Below, piece after piece: positions 13,940 to 25,308 of a DNA stretch of 64,000 nt. The translations under genes were made by a program, and so were the position numbers. The stretch is from Octopus sinensis (Eukaryota), in contig NC_042997.1 of NCBI RefSeq assembly GCF_006345805.1, positions 18,848,001-18,912,000 of the forward strand, in the 5' to 3' direction. The notes under the pieces are model-generated. The model saw nothing but the letters and a program-made list of their open reading frames with translations. It ran no database searches and was not told the origin of the DNA. How positions within the stretch are numbered: the stretch's first letter is position 1; every line of letters starts with the position of its first letter.

Positions 13940-14155
13940 AAATATTGCTTTCAAATTTCGGTACAAGGCCAGCACAAGGTGTATGTCGATTACATTCACT
14001 ATACTGTTCAACTGGTAGTTTATTTTATTGACCCCCCAAAAGTACAAAAGGCCAAAGCTGACCTTGATGGAATTTGAACTCAGAACATAAAGACGGACTA
14101 AATGCCTCAAAGCATTTTACCCAGCATGCTAACGACTCTGCTAGCTCACCACCTT
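13940..14155 (-). mobile_element. SINE group C (C2 tail)
   Basis: Aligns to the 1165-1371 copy. Confidence 0.8.
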
Positions 14156-16443
14156 TAATGGTTTAAATATTAATTAGGTGACTTAATGGTGGAGAATATA
14201 GCTGATGCATTAGTGTAACATATATTTCAGTTAAAATCCTGTATAAATTTCTGTCCGCCTGATGGCTATTTGCAATAAAAGGATTTAATAGTTTGCTGCT
14301 AATGTAAACAAAGCTTTGGTAGTTGCTTCTCTAAAGAATAATTTGTTGCGGAGCTTTATAAATGTGTGAAGTGTTTAATGATCAATGAGATGTTGTTCCT
14401 AAAAGAACAGTGAAGGCAGGTATGGGAATTAACGATGTTTTTAAATATGACATCCATTTAGAGTTAGATAATAACCGGTTTAGATGAGAAGGAAAATCAG
14501 TTGTAAAAGGAAGAATTAGGTGATTAATTTTATGGACATGGGTATCTTACTGCAAGGCATTGATTTAGGCTGTCAGTTATTCAGGACTCCACTAAGACAG
14601 TAGTTAACATTATAATAGAATTGTATGTCTACTTCTGTAGAATATGATACATCTAATCTACTCAGAGACCTTGACTTCTTTGGTGTTTTGTCTGACTGTA
14701 GTGCTAGCTGAGGCTAAAAAAAAAAAACTTTACCAGTTCCAGCATTTCAACCTCATAATAATTCACAGAAATGTTGCTCGAGATGCTTCCATTACCGTTG
14801 TTATCTTTGTCATCATCGTTATCATCATCATCATCATCATCATCATTTGTCTGTCCACTTTTCCATGCTTGCATTGGTCAGACAGAGTTTATTGAGGTAA
14901 CTTTCTGACAGCCAGATGCCCTTCCTGTCATCGACCCTCTCCTATTTCCAAGCAAATAGCAATGGTTAGTTAGACATGCTTTTCATGGAAGATTACAAAT
15001 GAATGACATCACTTGTATGACAGTAGGTTTCTTTTATAATACTTACATTTAATGACAAAACAAGGGGTAGCACAAATATGTACACACATACAGAAGAAGC
15101 AACACATGCACACATACACATGCGCATACAGATATATCCATCACCTCCATACACATATATAAATATGTACCTATATACAATGGACTTCTTTCAGTTAACA
15201 TCCACTAAATACACTCATAATCTTTTTTTATTGACCCAGAGCTATAGTAGAAGACATTTGCCCAAGATACCATTCAGTGGAACTTAACCCAAAACTTCAT
15301 GGTTTGGAATCAGGCTTCTTAACTACCCTGCCAAAATCAAAGTAAATAAATACTGTGTCAAGAAAGAGTATGAAGAATAAAAGTCATCTTTTTTAGCAAT
15401 CAAAGAGAAGCAATGTCAACAACATACCTCATCACCACTTTGGTTAGTGTGGTGAAACCCATATTTGGTTAAGGAGTTTTAATAGTACTAAAACTTGTCT
15501 AGATCTGTCTTCATACTTGCCAGAGTAATTGAAGTAATACCATTTATTGTTTGATATTGTTTCTCTCATCACATAATCATTTCTAATTAGCTTTGTAAAA
15601 ATCATTGCATGAGACATGGCAACACAACTTGGCTATTGTTTTTCTTTGTGAGGATGGTGTCTGAGTAATTTCAATAAACTGTTCTTTTGTAATTTCAGCT
15701 TTTTTCTTGTTTTGCTTCTTCATTTGCTTCCTATTGCGGGTATTTTCCATATATTTTTTCACACTGATTTCACCCCAATTATCACTTAACTCACATAATC
15801 CTATCAATATTGCACATGAGTAGACATTAAAATTATCATTCTTTAGAGAAGAAATGACTGAAAAGATTTATTCAAAGACACAATCTACACAATAAACAAT
15901 CCCAGATGTACTGGGATAGTAATGTTTTTCTTTTTGTTTCTGAAGGAACTATTGTATATACCTGCTCTTAAAGATATTTGCAAGATGAGAATATTTTCTG
16001 CTTAGTAGAACCTGCAGATAGAACTGTGTATGAGAGAGAATTATGTATCTTAGATGTTTGATTTCTTTGTAGACATGTGAATAATCCTGTTGCTCTAGGA
16101 TATCAGTTTGGTGATGTTTTTCTTACAACTATCACCTTCCTGAAAGAAAACTTAGCTTCGTGTAAATTAATACTTTATTCATTAAGTACTTTTCTCTATT
16201 AGACCACTGAACTTTACCCCCACCTTTTTTTCCCCTTATTAGACAGATGCAGCTTATACACATGTCTAATATGGTTCAAAAGCAAACATATAACATAATG
16301 CAAATACAGCTGTTGTTGAAAAATTTGCTTTGCAGCGTTTCTGAGTTTGATCTGACTGCATAGTTCTTTAGTGTCTTCTACTGTAGCTTTGGATTGAACA
16401 ATACCTTGTTAGCAGAAAATATGTAGAAGCATGTCATTTATAT

Positions 16444-16450
16444 TGTGTGC

Positions 16451-16516
<66 letters not shown>
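16444..16516. repeat. (TG)n microsatellite inside a degenerate SINE B (about 16300-16700)
   Basis: Direct inspection. Confidence 0.9.
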
Positions 16517-16519
<3 letters not shown>

Positions 16520-16784
16520 CATGCATGCATATGCATTTGTGTGTGCCTGTATGTATGTATACCAAGGTAAACTGGTTTGTTAAGATGTATTTTCTTTTTG
16601 TCACAACCTAATGGTTTGATAAATAGTGACTGATAGCATAAATAACAGTCTGACATTGGTATTGCATTTAATGCTCCAGTATGACCATTGTCTAATCAAT
16701 GAAACCATTCAGTCATTTGACTATGGTCATGCTAGACCATCACCTTTAGTGGAGCAAATCGCCCACAGGACTTATTCTTTGTAA

Positions 16785-17036
16785 GTACCAGTGGCACGTA
16801 AAAAGCACCAACCAATCGTGGCCACTGCCAGCCTCCCCTGGCACCTGTGCCAGTGACACGTAAAAAGCACCCACAACACTCATGGAATGGTTGGCGTTAG
16901 AAAGGGCATCCAGTTGTAGAAACACTGCCAGATCAGACTGGAGCCTGATGCAGCCTCCTGGCTTCCCAGACCCCGGTCGAACCATCCAACCCATGCTAGC
17001 ATGGAAAATGGACGTTAAACGATGATAATGATGATG
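16785..17036 (+). mobile_element. Group A element, 5'-truncated
   Basis: Two TG(G/A)CACGTAAAAAGCACC units, conserved 3' end, (GAT)n-like tail. Confidence 0.85.
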
Positions 17037-18604
17037 TGTTGACCAAAAATATGTAAACTGAGTGTAGAAGATACTCATAACAGATGACTGAGAAAATAAG
17101 AGTAGAAATGATGAGGTGAAATCTAATCACTCATAGATACAAAGACTTAGAAATAGGATTAGAGGTGATACACTATACAATAGACATAACAAATGTATTT
17201 GAACATGAAGAAACAGACTTTAAATCTGTGGTGACAATAGTGCTGCTATGGATCATGATAAGAAGTGGGTGATGACTAGAATCTTGACAATGATATTGAA
17301 GTAAAATTCTTGTTTCCTAGTTCTATCTTACATTAGTCACTCATTCTGAAATAATGTGGTGTTTAGCAAATTTGGCCCAGAGATTTTTAATAAATGATTA
17401 AAAGAAAAAAAAGAAAATATCTTTTGCCTTTTTGGGAAATGTAAATCTTTTCTTTAAATAAAATATTTTATTTACATTCAATATTTCTTCAAATGTTCTT
17501 TTCTGTATGTATATTGTTTGCCTTGTACTATTCATACTGCATCTGAAGCTATATAAAAAAAAATGTATATTTATTAAACTGAAGTAGTTTCATACTTTGT
17601 TTTTATTAAACCTTCAGAATGTAACTTTTTTACTTCAGCAAAGATCAATCATTTTTATTAAACAAAATTATAACATAGTCAAATATATTGAAGTTTAAAA
17701 AAACAAAGCAAAACAAAATTTTCCAATATTTTTCTTTAGAAATGCCTTCCCATTATTATGTTCTGAATTAATATATTTAAAGACAAAGTAGGTTGGGGCT
17801 GATTTGTTGTCTGTTATAAAAATGGGGACTAGAATAGGATGCTGGTTCATGCATTAAAATGTTGATATGAATTTTTTAGCCATTATTTTATAGAAAGTGT
17901 GTCAGTTTTTAAGAAATTAAATATGATTGAAATTATAGACAGAGGCAAAGTAAATATTTACATCAATCTTACATGTTATCTAAACATAGACAAGAAAAAA
18001 AGTCTTTTAAAAGTTATATTTTATATATATATATCAATTACAATATTACTTCATGCCAGAGCGTGATGTAGTTGATGATTTTGCATCAACATATTTGTAT
18101 AACTTTATAAAATATGGTCACCAGACATCTATTTGTTTGAATTTGTCATTAAAAACCATTGATAAATACATATTAAAAGCTAACAGATGAATATAAAGTC
18201 AAAACAACAATGTGTAAATTTGAGCGTAAAAAAAGAAGCCTAATAACTTGTTAACATAAACATAATTATATTCGCATGTGGTATTTTGTCATATCTTTTT
18301 AGCCTTCCTGTGTTTAATTAACATATTAATAAGAGTATGTTGTTTTTAAAATCTAGAGCAGGCTACTTATAAAATAAATTGATATATTATTAATCATAAT
18401 TTCAAGCATGCACACAAGGCTTTAAAATTGGTGGAGTAGTAGACCCAGCAATATCAACTTCAGTTCTTGCCAGATGCTTTATTTTATTGGCTATGGAATG
18501 TTCAAAGTTGGCTTCAGCAGGATTTGAAGTCCAACATGAGAGGACATAAACTAATTTCATTATGTATTTCATGTAGCATTCTATTGATTCTGCTTTCCAC
18601 ACAA

Positions 18605-18677
18605 TGATGATGATGACGATGATGATGACGATGACAATGATGGTGATGTGGATGATGATGATGATGATGATGATGAT
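18605..18677. repeat. Imperfect (GAT)n microsatellite
   Basis: Direct inspection; source of the poly-Met/poly-Ile ORFs. Confidence 0.9.
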
Positions 18678-18989
18678 ATATCTTGCTCCCTTTATGAAAT
18701 GGACTAAGGTGGAACTACAGAACTCAGAAGAACTAGAAAGCTGTTCACAAAGCATAATGCATTCCACCCTAAAAGCAATATTGACCAACTCTGCCTACCA
18801 AGGGGAATACTAAATGCAGAAGACATTGTCAACACTGCAATACCGGGCCAAAAACTTTCGATGTGCAGAGTAAATCAAGAATGTCTGGCAAGTTTCGTTA
18901 AGCTATTGATATTTTGCCTGACATCATACCTATTTCCACTGAATTATTTTATTTAATTTTTTCTGTTGTGCAAACAACATAAGCCAAGC

Positions 18990-19670
18990 TGTGTTTGGTG
19001 TATTACTTTGCATACACCAAATAGGAATCCTTTCAAATCTTTCCTTCTGTATAAATCATAAAATATCTGTATAACTTGTGCTGGAATTGACCTAACTCAT
19101 GTTGTTGCATAATCCCCACATATTTTGGTAGATCAATCCTGAATACCCCTTAATATTTTTTGAATGTATGACTTCCTGTCAATCTGCCTATTTAAATTTA
19201 CTTAATACATTTTTAATTCTGCACAACCTAAACAATGTTTCACTTTCAGATTAAATAATACATCCCCATTCTTCTCAACATGCAGATTCCTCTAAATCTT
19301 CCGTGCCCATTTTCCCAGCAAATATTGAACAGCTGTAATCTTAAATGTATTTCAGTTGCATTTATCTCATTTATTTTCATCCAGTTATTCAAGAATATCC
19401 AAAAAGACTATGGACATTTAATTTTTTCCTGAAAACTAAAAAAAAATAAATAACATAGGCAAGAACAATTAGCTATAACGAATTTTTACTATGAACATAT
19501 TACCTCCCAAGATTATAATTGACAAAACTGTTATTAGATTATCATCCATGAAATTCTTTTCTTCACTTCATCTGATAAGAGTTGATTTCTATTTTCATAA
19601 TTTACGCTGTGTACCAAGTTAACAATTAGACTTTTCTTACAATCTATTGAATGCACGCTTTCCCTTCCTA
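18990..19670 (-). mobile_element. Possible highly decayed CR1-group LINE RT remnant
   Basis: Only faint motifs on the minus strand (WMKIK*DKC; VEKNGD) in CR1-like order. Confidence 0.3.
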
Positions 19671-20195
19671 TGTTTATTTGTTGTTTATGGTATTTCTAAA
19701 TAAATTATTAATTCATATTATTCATTTTTTTATTGATACTTTTGAAGAAATGTATAACATGCAAACTGGCATAACTCCATATATAAATACTCTTATTAAG
19801 GAAACAAATATAAAATAGTTTATGGAAACACACAAACAGTAAATGCATTCCTTAAAATTCTATATTTCCCACCTCATTTGAAATACTGGTGATTAGTTTA
19901 TGGATATTGTTGGATAATGAACATCTATATCTTTACTTTCATCTATAGTGACAACAAAAACAGACTGCATGTTTTTACTAGAATTGAAAATAAATAATAC
20001 AATAAGTTGTTAAGATTTGTATCTCCACATATTAAGAGCATGAGGTAATATAGGTAATAATAGCTTGATACTTAATTTATCTACAATATCTTGGAAATAT
20101 CCCCAACATTAATTATTGCAGATTATGTATTGACATTGGTGATTTAATCCACACTTTCTTAAATACATGGATATTAATCAATGATCTAAGCATTA

Positions 20196-21183
20196 AATTC
20201 TTATTGTTAATTCTGTCCATGTTTATCCACTTACTAATCTCTACCCTGTCTACAAGGAACCTCATACCTGAAGCATAGAGTAGATGTTTTTGTTGTTGTG
20301 TGTGAAGACTTTCATTTCAAACTGTTTGTTATCATTGAATATTCTGCAGGAACTTTCCTTGAACCTGATCATTTCAGAATATTTTAAAGAGGATGTAGTA
20401 AAATTACATTCTACTGCTTACTTCAGCCCATAAGTGAAATTCAGATTTGTACTTCACTCTAATGAAAGTTATGTTACTGACACATTTTAATATGCAATAC
20501 ACTGAGATGAACTCTGTGAGGTGTCCGCCAAAATATACATAGAAAGGTAGTGGAATGGTAATTGATAGTTCAGTGTCTTTTAACAAACACATTGCAGCAT
20601 TAGTGTCAGGATATGATACATCAACTCTTTGGTTGATTGTCCAGCCTATTACCATTTTGATCACCTACAGCTGAGATAATATTATTACTTATGGAAACAA
20701 ATTGTCCAGATATAAAGAAGCTAATTGTCAAGACATTATAATTTTCCATTCTTGTTAGTAAAAAATTTGAATTCAAAGAAGATGAAAATTGTAATATCCT
20801 CATTATGCAGTTCTATATTTAAGAGATGAGGAATTATATATATTATTTACAATTGGCGGGTATTTGTCCTTATCTTATTTGTTGTTAACACAACGTTTCG
20901 GCAGGTGAAATTATATATATTATTTACAATTGGCGGGTATTTGTCCTTATCTTGTTTGTTGTTAACACAACGTTCCGGCAGGTGAAATTTCGAACCTGAA
21001 TTCTCATTCCTAAGGTTCAAGGAAAGTTCTTGCAGAATATTCAATGATAACAAACAGTTTGAAATGAAAGACTTCACACACAACAACAAAAACATCTACT
21101 CTATGCTTCAGGTATGAGGTTCCTTGTAGACAGGGTAGAGATTAATTAGTGGATAAACATGGACAGAATTAACAATAAGAATT
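20196..21183. repeat. 171-bp inverted repeat, arms 20196-20366 and 21013-21183
   Basis: Arms are reverse complements with 3 mismatches by manual comparison. Confidence 0.95.
20832..20985 (-). repeat. Two tandem 77-bp units of the PLE terminal (pLTR-like) sequence
   Basis: Units start at 20832 and 20909 with 2 mismatches; minus strand reads CACCTG-CCG(A/G)AACGTTGTGTT. Confidence 0.9.
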
Positions 21184-21416
21184 CCTATATGCTGTTCATA
21201 TCTGCACTCAGTCTGCTTAGGAGGTTGTTGTGTCATAGCATATGTGCTGCTTCTTTTAGTTTTCGTATTTTCCAGTGGTGCTCTCTGTCTATTAATTTAA
21301 TTTCATCCCACAGAGAACACCAGAGGAAAATATAAAAACTAAAAGAAGTAGCACATATGCTAGGACACAACAACCTCCTAAGCAGACTGAGTGCAGATAT
21401 GCATAGCATATGGGAA
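21182..21416. repeat. Hairpin/palindrome with 107-bp arms (21182-21288, 21310-21416) and a 21-nt loop
   Basis: About 10 mismatches between arms by manual comparison. Confidence 0.95.
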
Positions 21417-21484
21417 CCGGTATTAAGGAAGCATAGAAGAATATTGGATTTATAAGCCCTAAAATTCACTCCATAATTGCCCAT

Positions 21485-21558
21485 GGGCATATGGCATAGT
21501 GGTTAAGAGTGTCTGCTACTGACTCCAAGATTCCAAGTTCGATTGCAGGCAGTGACCT
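21485..21558 (+). promoter_or_regulatory. tRNA-like Pol III promoter module inside the PLE 3' region
   Basis: A box TGGCATAGTGG at 21492-21502 and B box GTTCGATTGC at 21537-21546 with tRNA-like spacing; imperfect acceptor stem. Confidence 0.7.
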
Positions 21559-21630
21559 GAATAATAATAATAACAACAACAACATCGAAGAATACCTTAG
21601 GAATGAGAACCCAGGTTCGAAATTTCCCCA

Positions 21631-21655
21631 AGACACCTGATGAAGGCTGGAAGGT
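21631..21655 (+). ncRNA. 5' half of a type I hammerhead ribozyme (incomplete, probably inactive)
   Basis: ACAC-CTGATGA-AGGCTG (core at 21637-21643); the matching GCC-GAAAC-GTT-GTGT half is missing here but present on the minus strand at 20881-20902. Confidence 0.6.
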
Positions 21656-22835
21656 TTAACAACAAACAATAATATTATAACCTCATTATCGTTACTGAAC
21701 ACGGTTAGTGCTTGATCATCTAAGATTTCTCTGTGAATTTCATCTGGCTCTTCATATGCTGGGTTTAAATACTGTCAAGGCAAACTTTGCATTTCATCCC
21801 TGGAGAAAATAAAATAATGTACTAGTCAAATACTAGAGTGAATGATATCTACTAACCACCTCTCCTTAAATTAAAAACAATTATTACTTAATACATAATG
21901 TATGTTATGGCTATAGACATGGTCCTGGATTCCGTCCCACTAGGTGGTAGCTTGTGCATGTGTCTTCTACTGTAGTCCTTAGCCAACCAATGCCTTGCTA
22001 GTGGATTTCGTAGGTAGAAATTGAAAACAACCCATAATGTGTGTGTGACTATATATATCATCTTCATCATCATCATACACACACACACAGAGTCTAGAGC
22101 AACGTAAAATAAAGTGTTTTGCTCAAGAATACAATGCATTGCCTGCTCAACGATATTCACCATGATATTCAATATTGATTTCTAACATAGACACACAAGG
22201 CCACACAATTTGGTAACAGGTTATAGTCAACCAGCACTAGTACTTGACCAGTACATTTCTATTTACTCTAGAAGAATGAAAGGCAAAACTGAACTCAGAA
22301 TTATTTGAACACAGAATATAAATATGACAAGTGTCTCTACTACTTCTACCAATCTCTCCCTCCCTATAATCATTATTAAATTCATTATTTCAATACCTTA
22401 AATTTAAGAACTATCTAATTCATGCTATCACTGGAAAATCAAATGAAAAATCAATTAGAAAGGAAAACAAACATAGCTACACAAATTTCTCTGAAGTCTT
22501 GCTATTGCAAGAAATTTTAGTTCACCAAGTCCCTTTGGGAAATGTTTGTTGTTTATTTACAAAAGTACACAGATTAAATTTCATAAAGTTAAAAGAAATG
22601 GTATCGATAAAATATAACCTCAATAATTGTTTATGGACTCAGGGGCCATGAAAATAAAACTGTAAGCTTAATTTCAAAACAGGTAAAGGGAAAGAAAGTC
22701 TAAAATCAAACTAAGATAAAATTATATTTATGGTCGAAAATGCAACCAGTGAATACAAATCTATCAATATTGGGTATATATGCGTATATGTGTGAGTGTG
22801 TACATATATGATTGATATCTATGTATGCATATGTT

Positions 22836-22866
<31 letters not shown>

Positions 22867-23149
22867 ATATGAGAATATACATGTATTTATGTGTTGGTAT
22901 GTTTATAATGTTTTCACTGCCCACAAATGAAATATCCCATTTCATCAACATATTAATCATGTCGACAAATGATATTTCCCACATTTAAATGAGAATACTT
23001 GATACTGTGTGTATGCATACCGAAACAGAAATGGATATTCAAACAAATTTATATTTACACATTCACACACGCATCCCTACCCATGCCCCACCCACCTACA
23101 CACACATGCAAAATCACTGACAAACACACACACACATATATATATGAAT

Positions 23150-23173
23150 GGTGTGTGTGTGTGTGTGCCTCTT

Positions 23174-23221
<48 letters not shown>

Positions 23222-23256
23222 AGCATATGCACAGAGAGGTTCAGGGATATAGATAG

Positions 23257-23299
<43 letters not shown>

Positions 23300-23300
23300 T
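23150..23300. repeat. Compound (TG)/(CT)/(TA)/(TAGA)/(GA) microsatellite
   Basis: Direct inspection. Confidence 0.9.
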
Positions 23301-24559
23301 AAGCTTAAGCTCTCTGCTGAGATTTGCAATTAAAATATTCAATTTCTTTGTTATAGATAAGAATTCTCCTGATACTCTGATTTATTTCTAGATCTACAAA
23401 AACTGAGTTCTTATTTAAGCTAGAAAGCTTTAACTCCTTTGTCACCAAAGAATACAAATCTCAAATTCTGTCAAATAATATTTCTCTAGTTTCTAGGATG
23501 AGTTTTTACATTGTTGCTAGGATCTATTTACAGGCTCATGTAGTTTAGTGTGGAACACTTAGCGTCCAGTTGAATGAAATTATTCTGTTCCCTTAGAATT
23601 ACTCAAATCTTAAAGAAATATGAATAAATGAACACTCCTGCCTATTTCATCATATGAGTATACAGTTGTTTGATCAACTAGACAACCTACTTACTGAATT
23701 AGTGCATGAAGTGGGTGAGTATTCCAGTGTATTGTTAAGGTAATCTTCAGGATCAGTGTTGCACAGTATCATAAAACTGGACTTTTGAATTACAGAGAGA
23801 ATTTCCCCAAAAAGTTTCTGCCCACTTCATATAACCTGATTTTGCTTTCAATGTTCAAGCCAACCCAAGAATATGGTAAAGACACTTTCTCAAGATACCA
23901 CAAAGAAGGATTGAACCCAGGACCTTCTGATTTCAGAGTAAAGTTTTAACCATCTATTCGGCCATACCAGCACTCATGACCTATGAATGGCTGTCATAAA
24001 GAAATATAATTTCTCATTTTAAGAAATAGGGACCTAGTGCGATTGATGAATGTCTTATAGTGTAATATGTACACATTTAAGAGCTCCTTTGAATGTAAAA
24101 AATACAATAAACTATAACAGACAATCCCTCAAATCTGCCATCAGTTATGGGATATTGTTTTAATGGAAGGAGAAAACACATATCTAGCATATATTGTTCC
24201 CACACCCTACATCATATTTTTGCCACTCTGTTACAAAACAGTTATTTGTGAAGTATATCTTATGCAAAGGTTGGACCCTGAGATATACCTGAGCTAAACA
24301 AAATGAGACTTGTGAAGGTTCTCTCAACAGTTTTAAGTGTCGAAAGACTTAATAAGAATTGCTAATAAAGGGGCTAGTACTAGGTGAAACTCAAATGTTA
24401 TTAGTGGAAACATCTTTGAAGATTTATCTAATTTCTTAAAGAAATCATAAGATATAACAGCTCAAATTTAAGTTAATGTGCATATAAAAACTGTTGGTAT
24501 AACATTTGAATGTATCATTAATTAGTGTACACTATTAAGGTTGTTAGTGTATATTTTAA

Positions 24560-25308
24560 CCCTTAATCACTAAACCAGCCCCATCCAGTCAAAATATTCT
24601 ACCTCTTTTATGTTCAATGTTGTTTGTCCCTTCTTGAGCCATGCCTGGCTCATAAGGGCCAGTTTCCAAGTTTCCTTGGCATAGAGGTTCCCCACCTGGA
24701 CGGGACACCGCTCTGTTGCAGGAGGAAAGAGTGTGAGAAAGTTGTGATGAAAGAGTCAGCAGAAGTTCGGCATTACCTTCTGCCGGAGCCACGTGGAGCT
24801 TAGGTGTTTCGCTCATAAACACAAACATTGCCCGGTCTGAGATTCGAATCTGCGATCTCTCGACCACGAGTCCACTGCTCTAACCACTAAGCCACATGCT
24901 CCCAGTACACGTCTGATACATGTTTTATCATTTCCAGAGGGATGAAAGGCAAAACAAACCTTTCAAGATGTGAAATCAGGAAGAAATTAAATGCCCAGAA
25001 GCGTGCTAAAATTTATGCACTCCTTGCTCTGCTTTCTTTCTACAGGTTTGGGATTGAAATTTTGTCGATTTGTTTTTTGTTCCTGTTTATTTTCCATTTT
25101 GTATTCTCTTCTGATATGATTAATATAGAAGCTATGAAAATATAATTATGTTCAATGTGGTCAAATCCAGCCTCTCACACTTAAACTATCATGTCATTCT
25201 AAAAATAAACAATCAAAATCTCAAAGCTACAAGATAATGCATGATGAATTCAAAACAATGTGAATGAATAAGCATTACTTTTGACAGAATAATCAGAATG
25301 CTGAAGGG
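24560..25308. mobile_element. piggyBac-like MITE carrying a nested composite insertion
   Basis: TTAA (24556-24559)-CCCTT...AAGGG-TTAA (25309-25312); about 210 bp remain after removing the nested insertion. Confidence 0.7.
24621..24903 (-). mobile_element. SINE group D (body 2 + tail V)
   Basis: Minus strand GGGAGCATGTGGCTTAGTGGTTAGAGC..GATTCGAATCTC tRNA-like head; tail GGTGTCCCGTCCAGGTGGGGAAC shared with the 47252 copy. Confidence 0.85.

Larger units (their letters stand above)
20808..21670. mobile_element. Penelope-like element (PLE) remnant in head-to-head fold-back arrangement
   Basis: Minus strand reads WDEIKLIDREHHWKIRKLKEAAHML and plus strand 21312-21455 reads REHQRKI*KLKEVAHMLGHNNLLSRLSADMHSIWEPVLRK, typical of a PLE GIY-YIG C-terminus. 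ACCTTAGGAATGAGAA..GGTTCGAAATTTC occurs in both orientations (21595-21625 plus, 20985-21016 minus), with hammerhead motifs. Confidence 0.8.

Noticed and set aside
13830-14600. Possible second PLE GIY-YIG remnant on the minus strand
   Set aside because: Similarity too faint to support by eye.
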